Below, piece after piece: positions 18,191 to 26,269 of a stretch of 64,000 bases of DNA (its first letter is position 1; each line of letters starts with the position of its first letter). The stretch is from Eubacteriales bacterium (GTDB taxonomy: Bacteria > Bacillota > Clostridia > Christensenellales > CALWSW01): positions 1,437-65,436 of the forward strand of contig JAVBLF010000023.1 of NCBI GenBank assembly GCA_031553675.1, in the 5' to 3' direction. Below the pieces are notes generated by a model. That model had not been told where the DNA came from, did no database searches, and saw only the letters and a list, made by a program, of their open reading frames with translations. Position numbers and translations under genes: made by a program.

Positions 18191-18311
18191 GGAACGCGCT
18201 TTTGGGGTACGCGCTTTTGGGGTACGCGCTTTTTGAAAAAAGCTGCGCAAAAACTTTCATCTGCACATGCTTTCGTGCGCCACTCCGTGACGCGCGAATC
18301 AGGCGAGATCC
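18191..18311 (+). repeat. Composite intergenic repeat element, copy 1 (15-bp tandem + A module + B hairpin module)
   Basis: ACGCGCTTTTGGGGT x2 (18194-18223); A = GCGCTTTTTGAAAAAAGCTGCGCAAAAAC (18226-18254); B = CTTTCGTGCGCC-N7-GACGCGCGAAT (18270-18299); trailing AGGCGAGATCC. The same architecture occurs inverted at 28954-29087. Confidence 0.85.
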
Positions 18312-18336
18312 AATAGCGACAGAATAGAGGGGTGGC

Positions 18337-20010
18337 ATGATGGCAAAATACGCGATCGGTGTCGATTACGGGACACTGTCGGGACGAGCCGTCGTCGTCG
18401 ATGTGGCGACGGGGGAGGAGCTGGCGAGCGCGGTCTACGAATACCCGCATGCGGTCATGGATCTGGCCTTGCCGTCGGGCAAAAAGTTGGGCCAGGACTG
18501 GGCCCTCCAGCATCCGCAGGACTATGTGGACGTACTGAAAGAAACGATTCCGGCCGCCATACAACAGGCGGGGATCAGTGCGGCGGATGTGATCGGCGTC
18601 GGAACGGACTTCACGGCGAGCTCCCCGCTGCCGGTCAAGCGGGATGGAACGCCGCTCTGCTTTTTGGCGGAATTTGCAGATGAGCCGCATGCCTACGTCA
18701 AACTCTGGAAGCATCACGCGGCGCAATACAAGGCGAACCTCTTGAACGACACCGCCCGCGAAAAGGGCGAGGCTTGGCTGGACAACTACGGCGGGAAGAT
18801 TTCCTCGGAGTGGGGGATCCCCAAGCTCATGCAAGTGCTGGAAGAAGCGCCGGATGTCTTCGAGGCGGCCGACCGCTGGATCGAGGCAGCCGACTGGATC
18901 GTCTGGCAGCTCGTCGGCGTCGAGACGCGCAACTCCTGCACGGCGGGCTACAAGGAGATCTACAACAAGCGGAAGGGGTATCCGTCGAAGGCGTTTTTTA
19001 AGGCGCTCGACCCGAGGCTGGAGAACGTCGTCGAGGAGAAGCTCGGGACGGAGATCCTGCCGCTGGGGACGCGGGCGGGCGGATTGACCGAGGAAGCCGC
19101 GCGGTTGACGGGGCTTTTGCCGGGGACGGCGGTCTGCGTCGGAAACGTCGATGCGCACGTCTGTGTGCCCGCGCTCGGCATCGACGGCCCGGGCAAGATG
19201 TTCGCGATCATGGGAACGTCAACCTGCCACATGCTGATGGGCGACCAGGAAAAGCAGGTTCCCGGCATGTGCGGCGTCGTCGAGGACGGCATCCTGCCGG
19301 GCTTCTTCGGATATGAAGCGGGTCAGTCCTGCGTGGGCGACCACTTTGCGTGGTTCATGGAAAACGCCCTGCCGGCGGACTACAAAGAAGAGGCGAAAGA
19401 GCGGGGCATCGACGTCTATTCGCTGATGCGCGAGAAAATGGAAGCGCTCGAACCAGGCGAGAGCGGCCTCGTCGCGCTGGACTGGTGGAACGGCAATCGC
19501 TCGGTCCTGGTCGACGTCGATCTGACCGGCATGATGCTGGGCATGAATTTGCAGACGAAGGCCGAGGAGATCTACCGCGCGCTGATCGAAGCGACTGCCT
19601 ACGGCACGCGCATGATCATTGAGACCTTCCGCGAGAACGGCGTGCCCGTCGATGCGTTCTACGCGGCGGGCGGCATCTCGCAAAAGGATCCGTTGATCAT
19701 GCAGATCTACGCCGACATCATCGGCTTGCCGATCCACATCGCCGGAAGCGAGCAAGGCCCGGCGCTGGGAAGCGCGATCTTCGCGGCCGTTGCGGCGGGG
19801 AAGGACGCGGGCGGATACGACGACGTATTTGAGGCAGCGCGCGTCATGGGCAAACTGCGCGACGAAGTGTACACGCCCAACGCCGAGCACGCCGCGGTTT
19901 ACGACGAGCTGTACGCCGAGTACAAAGCGCTGCACGATTACTTTGGGCGCGGCACCAACGACGTGATGAAACGGCTCAAGGCGATCAAGGCGCGGCAGAG
20001 CAAGCGATGA
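18337..20010 (+). CDS. araB: Ribulokinase
   Basis: 557 aa, FGGY kinase. The N-terminus [26 protein letters not shown] and the length are typical of AraB. Lies upstream of araA and araD. Confidence 0.9.
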   Translation: MMAKYAIGVDYGTLSGRAVVVDVATGEELASAVYEYPHAVMDLALPSGKKLGQDWALQHPQDYVDVLKETIPAAIQQAGISAADVIGVGTDFTASSPLPVKRDGTPLCFLAEFADEPHAYVKLWKHHAAQYKANLLNDTAREKGEAWLDNYGGKISSEWGIPKLMQVLEEAPDVFEAADRWIEAADWIVWQLVGVETRNSCTAGYKEIYNKRKGYPSKAFFKALDPRLENVVEEKLGTEILPLGTRAGGLTEEAARLTGLLPGTAVCVGNVDAHVCVPALGIDGPGKMFAIMGTSTCHMLMGDQEKQVPGMCGVVEDGILPGFFGYEAGQSCVGDHFAWFMENALPADYKEEAKERGIDVYSLMREKMEALEPGESGLVALDWWNGNRSVLVDVDLTGMMLGMNLQTKAEEIYRALIEATAYGTRMIIETFRENGVPVDAFYAAGGISQKDPLIMQIYADIIGLPIHIAGSEQGPALGSAIFAAVAAGKDAGGYDDVFEAARVMGKLRDEVYTPNAEHAAVYDELYAEYKALHDYFGRGTNDVMKRLKAIKARQSKR

Positions 20011-20097
20011 CAAAGTGATAGTGAACGGCGCCCCACAGGCAACGCTCTGTGGGGCGGTTGTCATGGTATTTTTTGGCTTCAGACGAGAGGAGTTCGT

Positions 20098-21567
20098 ATG
20101 AAAGACAAACAGTTTTGGTTTCTGGTCGGTTCGCAGCACCTCTACGGCGAAGAGACGCTCCGCCAGGTCGCCGCGCACGCCGAGCGCATCGCCAAGGCGC
20201 TGAACGACGCGCCGAGCATTCCCTGTGGGGTGACGCTCCAGCCGGTGCTGACGACGCCGGACGACATTTTGCAGGTGATGCGCGCGGCCAACCAGGCCGA
20301 CGATTGCCTGGGCGTAATCTGCTGGATGCACACCTTCAGCCCGTCGAAGATGTGGATCAACGGCTTCGCTACGCTGCAAAAGCCCTATTGCCACCTGCAC
20401 ACCCAGTTTAACCGCCAGATCCCCGACGAAGGGATCGACATGGATTTCATGAACCTGAACCAGTCGGCGCACGGCGACCGCGAGCACGGCTTCATCGCCG
20501 CGCGCATGCGTCTGGCGCGCAAGATCGTCGTCGGGTACTGGGAAGACGAGGACGTTCAAGTGCAGATTGGCAACTGGATGCGTTCTTGTGTGGGCGTACA
20601 TGCGTCGCGCCGCCTGAAAGTCATGCGCTTTGGCGACAACATGCGCCAGGTTGCCGTGACGGAAGGCGACAAGGTCGAGACACAGATCAAACTGGGCTGG
20701 CAAGTCAACACCACGCCGGTCGGCGACCTCGTCGAGGCGATGGGGCGGGTAACGCCCCAGGAGATCGACGCGCAGGTCGAGGCCTACCGCGCGCTGTACG
20801 ACTTTCCGGCCGAGGGCATCGAAGCGATCCGCTACCAGGCGCACTGCGAATGCGGCATGAAAAAGCTTTTCGAGGCCGAAGGGTGCATGGCGTTTACGAA
20901 TACCTTCGAGGATTTACACGGCATGCAGCAATTGCCCGGCCTCGCGACGCAGCACCTGATGGCGTCGGGCTACGGCTACGGCGGCGAGGGAGACTGGAAG
21001 ACCGCCGGATTGACGAGCGTCATGAAAGCGATGGCGGAAGGGCTGCCGGGCGGCACGAGCTTCATGGAAGACTACACCTACGACTTGACGGCGGGGCAGG
21101 AATTGGTGCTTGGGGCGCATATGCTCGAAGTCTGCCCGACGATCGCGGCAGACAAGCCGCGCATTGAAGTCCACCCGCTCGGCATTGGCGGCAAGAACGA
21201 CCCGGCACGCGTCGTCTTCGAGGGAGCGGAGGGACCGGCAATCTGCGTGTCGCTCATCGATATGGGCGGACGGCTGCGGATGATCGTGCAGGATGTCATG
21301 GCGGTGAAGCCGATCTACAAGATGCCCAACCTGCCGGTGGCGCGGGTGATGTGGAAGCCGCTGCCCGACCTCAAGATCGGGGCACACGCGTGGATCCTGG
21401 CGGGCGGCGCCCACCACACGACGATGAGCTTTGCCCTCGACGCGGGGCATATGCGCGATTTCGCCGAGATCATGGACATCGAGTTCGTTCACATCGGCGA
21501 AACGACCGAGCTCGACGCGTTCCGGCACGATCTTTTCCTGGCTGATTTGGCCTGGAAGCTCAAGTGA
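20098..21567 (+). CDS. araA: L-arabinose isomerase
   Basis: [19 protein letters not shown] ... [15 protein letters not shown], a classic AraA N-terminus; 489 aa. Confidence 0.93.
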   Translation: MKDKQFWFLVGSQHLYGEETLRQVAAHAERIAKALNDAPSIPCGVTLQPVLTTPDDILQVMRAANQADDCLGVICWMHTFSPSKMWINGFATLQKPYCHLHTQFNRQIPDEGIDMDFMNLNQSAHGDREHGFIAARMRLARKIVVGYWEDEDVQVQIGNWMRSCVGVHASRRLKVMRFGDNMRQVAVTEGDKVETQIKLGWQVNTTPVGDLVEAMGRVTPQEIDAQVEAYRALYDFPAEGIEAIRYQAHCECGMKKLFEAEGCMAFTNTFEDLHGMQQLPGLATQHLMASGYGYGGEGDWKTAGLTSVMKAMAEGLPGGTSFMEDYTYDLTAGQELVLGAHMLEVCPTIAADKPRIEVHPLGIGGKNDPARVVFEGAEGPAICVSLIDMGGRLRMIVQDVMAVKPIYKMPNLPVARVMWKPLPDLKIGAHAWILAGGAHHTTMSFALDAGHMRDFAEIMDIEFVHIGETTELDAFRHDLFLADLAWKLK

Positions 21568-21575
21568 GGGACGCG

Positions 21576-22259
21576 ATGAGGGATTGGAAGCAAAGCGTAC
21601 TCGAAGCGAATCTGGCGCTGCCGAAGCACGGACTCGTGACTTTCACGTGGGGCAACGTGTCGGCGATCGACAGGGCGCGGGGATGGGTTTGTATCAAGGC
21701 GTCGGGCGTGCCTTACGAGAGCATGACGGCGGAGGACATGGTCGTCGTCGATCTCGAGGGCAGTGTGGTCGAGGGCAATCGCAAGCCCTCGTCCGACCTG
21801 CCGACGCATTTGGTTTTGTATCGGGCTTTTGGAGCGATCGGCGGCGTCGTGCATACCCACAGCCGCTGGGCGACGACATTCGCCCAGATCGGGCGGGGGA
21901 TTCCGGCGCTCGGCACGACGCATGCGGATTATTACTATGGGGAGATTCCCTGCACGCGCCCCATGACGCCCGACGAGATCGCGGGCGACTATGAAAAGGC
22001 GACGGGCGACGTGATCGTCGAACGTTTCGCGAAGCTGGACGCGGCGGCGATCCCAGCGGCGCTCGTCCACAGCCACGGGCCTTTCACCTGGGGCAAAGAT
22101 GCCGACGAGGCCGTCCACAACGCCGTCGTGCTGGAGGAGGTCGCCATGATGGCCTGGCACGGCCTGGCGATGCGTCCGGATCTGCCGACGATGCAAAGCG
22201 AGCTACTCGACAAACACTACTTGCGCAAACACGGAAAAGACGCCTACTATGGGCAGTGA
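21576..22259 (+). CDS. araD: L-ribulose-5-phosphate 4-epimerase
   Basis: [32 protein letters not shown] ... [18 protein letters not shown] is colinear with E. coli AraD. ATG 21576 is preferred over the track start GTG 21564 because of the GAGGGA RBS and the homology. Confidence 0.92.
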   Translation: MRDWKQSVLEANLALPKHGLVTFTWGNVSAIDRARGWVCIKASGVPYESMTAEDMVVVDLEGSVVEGNRKPSSDLPTHLVLYRAFGAIGGVVHTHSRWATTFAQIGRGIPALGTTHADYYYGEIPCTRPMTPDEIAGDYEKATGDVIVERFAKLDAAAIPAALVHSHGPFTWGKDADEAVHNAVVLEEVAMMAWHGLAMRPDLPTMQSELLDKHYLRKHGKDAYYGQ

Positions 22260-22331
22260 ACGGTGCGCGATCGATTCTTGAACAAGTCGAGGGAGGTTGA
22301 TACAATAAAGGCGGAAGAAAGGGGAGCCATT

Positions 22332-22997
22332 ATGGGCGAAAAGATAGAACGCGTCTCTCTGGTCAACCAAGTACATACATCGATCATCAGCCGCATCCAA
22401 AACGGCGTCATCGCGCCAGGCGAACGGCTGAACATCGAGGATCTCGCGGTGGATTTTGGCGTCAGCCGAACGCCTGTCCGCGAAGCGATCAGCAAACTGA
22501 CACAAGAAGGCTTTGTGGAGCAGGTGTACAATTCGGGGCCGCGCGTCGTCCGCTTGAACGGCAAGCAAATGCGCGACGTCATCCGGACGAACGCGACGCT
22601 CTTTTCGGGCGTGATCGAGTCTTACGCCTCCATGCACCCCAAAACGCACGAAGCATTGATCCGCAAATTGACCCGCAGCGTCGATGCGCAGCGGTTCGCG
22701 CTGGAAGACGGCGACATCGATTCGTTTTACCAGCATTCGGTGCGCTTCCACATCGACATGATCGAGGCGTGCCAAAACGAGATGATGAAAAAGTTTGCCT
22801 TGCAGACACAATACCAGATCAACATGTGCGCGCTTTACTACCAAAAAGACGAGGCGATCCGCTCACGGGGTCTGGAGGAGCACGAGCAGATACTCGCCTG
22901 CCTACAAAAAAAGGACTTCGGCGGGGCGATCGCTTTGATGTGCGCCCACAACCGCGAAGGCGAAGAGCACATTTCGCTGGAGGCATTGGAAGCGTAA
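22332..22997 (+). CDS. GntR-family transcriptional regulator (FadR/FCD-type C-terminus)
   Basis: Winged HTH (PGERLNIEDLAVDFGVSRTPVREAISKLTQEGFV) followed by a helical effector domain. The ATG at 22332 follows GGGGAG. Confidence 0.8.
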   Translation: MGEKIERVSLVNQVHTSIISRIQNGVIAPGERLNIEDLAVDFGVSRTPVREAISKLTQEGFVEQVYNSGPRVVRLNGKQMRDVIRTNATLFSGVIESYASMHPKTHEALIRKLTRSVDAQRFALEDGDIDSFYQHSVRFHIDMIEACQNEMMKKFALQTQYQINMCALYYQKDEAIRSRGLEEHEQILACLQKKDFGGAIALMCAHNREGEEHISLEALEA

Positions 22998-23013
22998 GAC
23001 GGATGCAGATCAC

Positions 23014-23041
23014 AAAAAACGCCCGATGAGGGGCGTTTTTT
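23014..23041. terminator. Hairpin terminator flanked by A- and T-runs, downstream of the GntR gene
   Basis: AAAAAACGCCC-GATGAG-GGGCGTTTTTT. Confidence 0.8.
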
Positions 23042-23089
23042 GTGCGCTTTGGTGGCACGTCGATTGCGAATTCCGCGGCGGCGGCATAC

Positions 23090-23117
23090 AAAAAACGCCC
23101 CATCGGAGCGTCTTTTG
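23090..23117 (-). terminator. Terminator of the tRNA operon
   Basis: The reverse strand reads ACGCTCC-GAT-GGGGCGT followed by TTTTTG, immediately after the last tRNA (Leu). Confidence 0.65.
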
Positions 23118-23204
23118 TGGTGCGGGAAACAGGACTTGAACCTGCATGAGCGTACACTCACTAGAACCTGAATCTAGCGCGTCTGCCAATTCCGCCATTC
23201 CCGC
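23118..23204 (-). tRNA. tRNA-Leu (CAG), long variable arm
   Basis: Reverse strand: acceptor GCGGGAA/TTCCCGC, anticodon stem CTAGA/TCTAG with loop TTCAGGT, T-loop GGTTCAAGTCC, encoded CCA. Confidence 0.9.
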
Positions 23205-23209
23205 GGATG

Positions 23210-23294
<85 letters not shown>

Positions 23295-23333
23295 ACGTAA
23301 GGTATGCAATTGTCAAGGCCCCAAAATGGGGAA

Positions 23334-23409
23334 TGGAGCTGGTGATGGGACTTGAACCCGCAACCTGCTGATTACAAATCAGCTGCTCTGCCAATTGAGC
23401 TACACCAGC
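23334..23409 (-). tRNA. tRNA-Thr (TGT)
   Basis: Acceptor GCTGGTG/CACCAGC, anticodon stem GCTGA/TCAGC with loop TTTGTAA, T-loop TTCAAGT (one C-A mismatch in the T stem), encoded CCA. Confidence 0.85.
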
Positions 23410-23427
23410 ACAATCGGAGCGGGCAAA

Positions 23428-23503
23428 TGGTGCCTCAGAGTGGAATCGAACCACCGACACAGGGATTTTCAGTCCCTTGCTCTACCGACTGAGCTACCGA
23501 GGC
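23428..23503 (-). tRNA. tRNA-Phe (GAA)
   Basis: Acceptor GCCTCGG/CTGAGGC, anticodon stem AGGGA/TCCCT with loop CTGAAAA, T-loop TTCGATT, encoded CCA. Confidence 0.9.
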
Positions 23504-23525
23504 GCGTAACGCGCACGAAGGGAAA

Positions 23526-23602
23526 TGGCGACCCGGATGGGGCTCGAACCCACGACCTCTAGCGTGACAGGCTAGCGCTCTAACCAGCTGAGCTACCGGG
23601 CC
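23526..23602 (-). tRNA. tRNA-Asp (GTC)
   Basis: Acceptor GGCCCGG/CCGGGTC, anticodon stem CTAGC/GCTAG with loop CTGTCAC, T-loop TTCGAGC, encoded CCA. Confidence 0.9.
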
Positions 23603-23628
23603 AAATGCGCCCAACGCCTTGGGCAGAG

Positions 23629-23705
23629 TGGTGGGCCTTCAGGGACTCGAACCCCGGACCAATCGGTTATGAGCCGACCGCTCTAACCAACTGAGCTAAA
23701 GGCCC
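23629..23705 (-). tRNA. tRNA with CAT anticodon (elongator Met or lysidine-modified Ile2)
   Basis: Acceptor GGGCCTT/AAGGCCC, anticodon loop CTCATAA, T-loop TTCGAGT, encoded CCA. The body resembles Ile2-type tRNAs as I recall them, but I cannot decide by eye. Confidence 0.85.
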
Positions 23706-23733
23706 AAGCCCTGCGCGTTTGTGGGCGGAATAA

Positions 23734-23808
23734 TGGTGACCCCTAGGAGACTCGAACTCCTGTTACCGCCGTGAAAGGGCGGTGTCTTAACCGCTTGACC
23801 AAGGGGCC
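23734..23808 (-). tRNA. tRNA-Glu (TTC)
   Basis: Acceptor GGCCCCT/AGGGGTC, anticodon stem CCGCC/GGCGG with loop CTTTCAC, T-loop TTCGAGT, encoded CCA. Confidence 0.9.
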
Positions 23809-23841
23809 ACGAATTGTATCGCGAGGCATCCAGGCGAGGAA

Positions 23842-23918
23842 TGGTCGGGGTGACAGGATTTGAACCTGCGGCCCCATGCTCCCAAAGCACGTGCGCTACC
23901 GAACTGCGCTACACCCCG
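23842..23918 (-). tRNA. tRNA-Pro (TGG)
   Basis: Acceptor CGGGGTG/CACCCCG, anticodon loop TTTGGGA, T-loop TTCAAAT, encoded CCA. First gene of the array. Confidence 0.9.
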
Positions 23919-23969
23919 ACGCACGCTTGAGGGGCTTGTGGAGCCCGCCGCGCGTTAGCGACGCTCTTT

Positions 23970-23998
23970 ATATTAACCGATGCGCATGGGGCTGTCAA
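23970..23998 (-). promoter_or_regulatory. Sigma-A-type promoter of the tRNA operon
   Basis: The reverse strand reads TTGACA, a 17-nt spacer, then TAATAT, about 50 nt upstream of tRNA-Pro. Confidence 0.7.
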
Positions 23999-24088
23999 GC
24001 CTTTTTGTGAAAAAAAGCGTCGGAAGGCGGAAGGCTCGCATCGTCCGCACCCTGTGGGATGGCGGGTTTTGCGCAGGCGGCGGCTTGC

Positions 24089-24117
24089 TTGCATTTCAAG
24101 TATTGGTTTGGTATGAT
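24089..24117 (+). promoter_or_regulatory. Sigma-A-type promoter upstream of miaB
   Basis: TTGCAT, a 17-nt spacer, then TATGAT. Divergent from the tRNA promoter. Confidence 0.6.
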
Positions 24118-24181
24118 GTGAAGGCATAATGAGAGGAAAACGCAGCGTCTCGGAACGAAAAAACGCGGTCCGCGCGGACGC

Positions 24182-25666
24182 ATGCGTAGGAAAGGATTGG
24201 AAACCCTGGAAGATAAGGAAGCTCAGGGCGTGGCGATTCCGGCAGAAGAGCTCGAAGCCCAGCGCGCCATCCTGTGCCAGATCCGCGAGGGCTGGGCGGG
24301 GCGCTTTGCAGCGCAGACGAAACGGCCCCCGCGCTACGCCATCGCGACCTACGGCTGCCAGATGAACGAGCGCGATTCTCAGCACCTCGGCGGCATGCTC
24401 GACATGGCGGGCTTTGTGCCCGGAAGCTGGGACGACGCCGACCTCTTGCTCTTCAACACCTGCTGTGTCCGCGAACACGCCGAACACCGCGTCTTCGGAA
24501 ACGTCGGCGCGCTCTATAAACGAAAGCAAGCCAACCCAGACCTTTTGATCGGCGTCTGCGGGTGCATGATGCAGCAGGCAGACGTCGCGAAACGGCTCTA
24601 TGAACGCTTTCCCTTCGTCGATCTCGTCTTCGGCACACACGCGCTCTACGCCTTTCCGGCGCTTCTGGCGCGCGCGATCGACGGGGGCGGGCGGGTGCTC
24701 GATCTGCGTGCGGGCGACGGGCGCATTGCCGAAGACCTGCCCAGCCGCCGCGACGCATCGGTCAGCGCCTTCGTCACGGTCATGTACGGTTGTGACAATT
24801 ACTGTTCCTATTGCGTCGTGCCTTACGTGCGCGGCCGGGAACGCAGCCGCCGTCCGGGCGAGATTTTGCGCGAGATCGAGGATCTGCGTTCGTGCGGCGT
24901 CGTCGAGGTGACGCTGCTCGGCCAAAACGTCAATTCCTACGGCAAAGACCTCGGCACGGATCACCCCGACTTCGCGGATCTCCTGCGAAGCGTCGCCAAT
25001 GTCGAAGGCATCGAGCGCGTCCGTTTCATGACCTCGCACCCCAAGGACCTCTCGAGTCGCCTGATCGACGCGATGGCTGCCTGTCCGACCGTCTGCCGCC
25101 ACATCCACCTTCCGGTGCAGTCGGGCAGCGACGCCGTTCTCACAGCCATGAACCGCCGATATACCCGCGCACGTTATCTCGAACGGCTGCGGGCGATCCG
25201 AGAGCGTCTGCCCGGCGTCGAGCTGACGACCGACATCATCGTCGGCTTCCCCGGCGAGACCGAGGCCGACTTTGAAGACACACTCGACCTCGTGCGCCAA
25301 GCGGGCTTCGCGTCGGCGTTCACCTTTATGTATTCGCCGCGCGGTGGCACGCCGGCCGCGTCGATGGACGGCCAGATTCCGGCGGACGTCAAAAAGCAAA
25401 GGCTGCTCCGACTTAACGAGCTCCAGGGCGAGATGGGGCGGCGCAACAACGAATCCTACCTCGGCCAAACGCTCGACATCCTCGTCGAAGGCCAAGACGA
25501 ACGCGATCACGCCCTGATCTACGGCAAAAGCGGCAACTTCAAAATGGTCTACGCGCCGGGCGACGCATCCGAGATCGGCAAGACGATCCCCGTGCGCGTC
25601 ACGGCCGTCCGCGCAAACGCTTTGCGCGGCGAACGCACCGACGACGGGTTCACATCACAACGATAG
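24182..25666 (+). CDS. miaB: tRNA-i6A37 methylthiotransferase (radical SAM, MiaB)
   Basis: UPF0004 N-domain (YGCQMNERDSQ), radical-SAM motif CDNYCSYCVVPYVRGRERS and a TRAM-like C-terminus. The exact start is uncertain because there is no clear RBS. Confidence 0.88.
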   Translation: MRRKGLETLEDKEAQGVAIPAEELEAQRAILCQIREGWAGRFAAQTKRPPRYAIATYGCQMNERDSQHLGGMLDMAGFVPGSWDDADLLLFNTCCVREHAEHRVFGNVGALYKRKQANPDLLIGVCGCMMQQADVAKRLYERFPFVDLVFGTHALYAFPALLARAIDGGGRVLDLRAGDGRIAEDLPSRRDASVSAFVTVMYGCDNYCSYCVVPYVRGRERSRRPGEILREIEDLRSCGVVEVTLLGQNVNSYGKDLGTDHPDFADLLRSVANVEGIERVRFMTSHPKDLSSRLIDAMAACPTVCRHIHLPVQSGSDAVLTAMNRRYTRARYLERLRAIRERLPGVELTTDIIVGFPGETEADFEDTLDLVRQAGFASAFTFMYSPRGGTPAASMDGQIPADVKKQRLLRLNELQGEMGRRNNESYLGQTLDILVEGQDERDHALIYGKSGNFKMVYAPGDASEIGKTIPVRVTAVRANALRGERTDDGFTSQR

Positions 25667-25695
25667 GTCACAACGATAGAAGGAGTGAGATCGCA

Positions 25696-26082
25696 ATGGT
25701 CATGGAGAAAGCGGCCGAATTGGCCGAAGCATTGGTGCAGAGCGACGAATTTGTGGCATACAACGCCGCGCGTGAGGCGGTTGAGAACGACGAAACCGCA
25801 TCCCAGCTGATGCGCCGCTATTCCGACGCGGAAGAGAGGCTCCAGCTCGCGCTCTCCGATCCGGCCGATTTGACCGCGATCGAGGGCATCAAGCAGGATT
25901 TGGAAGAACTTCGCATGCTGATCGTGGACAACGCCATGCTCGAGCGCCTCGCCGAAACCCAGGGCGGCTTTCAGTTTCTGATGAGCAAGGTCAACGACGT
26001 GATCGGCCAGCGCATCAACCCGCGCCGCGCCGAGTCGTGCGATTGCGCGGGGGGCTGCGATTCGTGCGAGGGCTGCCACTGA
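25696..26082 (+). CDS. YlbF/YmcA (RicA/RicF)-family protein with a Cys-rich C-terminal tail
   Basis: Helical 128-aa protein (AELAEALVQSDEFVAYNAAREAVE) ending in CDCAGGCDSCEGCH. Its position after miaB mirrors B. subtilis ymcB(miaB)-ymcA. AGGAGTG RBS. Confidence 0.7.
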   Translation: MVMEKAAELAEALVQSDEFVAYNAAREAVENDETASQLMRRYSDAEERLQLALSDPADLTAIEGIKQDLEELRMLIVDNAMLERLAETQGGFQFLMSKVNDVIGQRINPRRAESCDCAGGCDSCEGCH

Positions 26083-26102
26083 GACGCACGAGGGCTGCAA
26101 CA

Positions 26103-26136
26103 GGGACGCGCTTTTTGAAAAAAGCTGCGCAAAAAC
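26103..26136 (+). repeat. A-module repeat, copy 2
   Basis: GGGAC + GCGCTTTTTGAAAAAAGCTGCGCAAAAAC (26108-26136), 29/29 identical to copy 1. Confidence 0.9.
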
Positions 26137-26269
26137 TTCTGTACAGCCCCGGGATGGCACGCGCCATGCGCGCCACCCCGTTGGAGCTTTGTGCGGATAT
26201 GCCCCGGCGTGACGAGCTTCGCTCGCCATGCCGTCGCTTTGTGATGGAAAGGCTCGGACTGAGGAGAGC

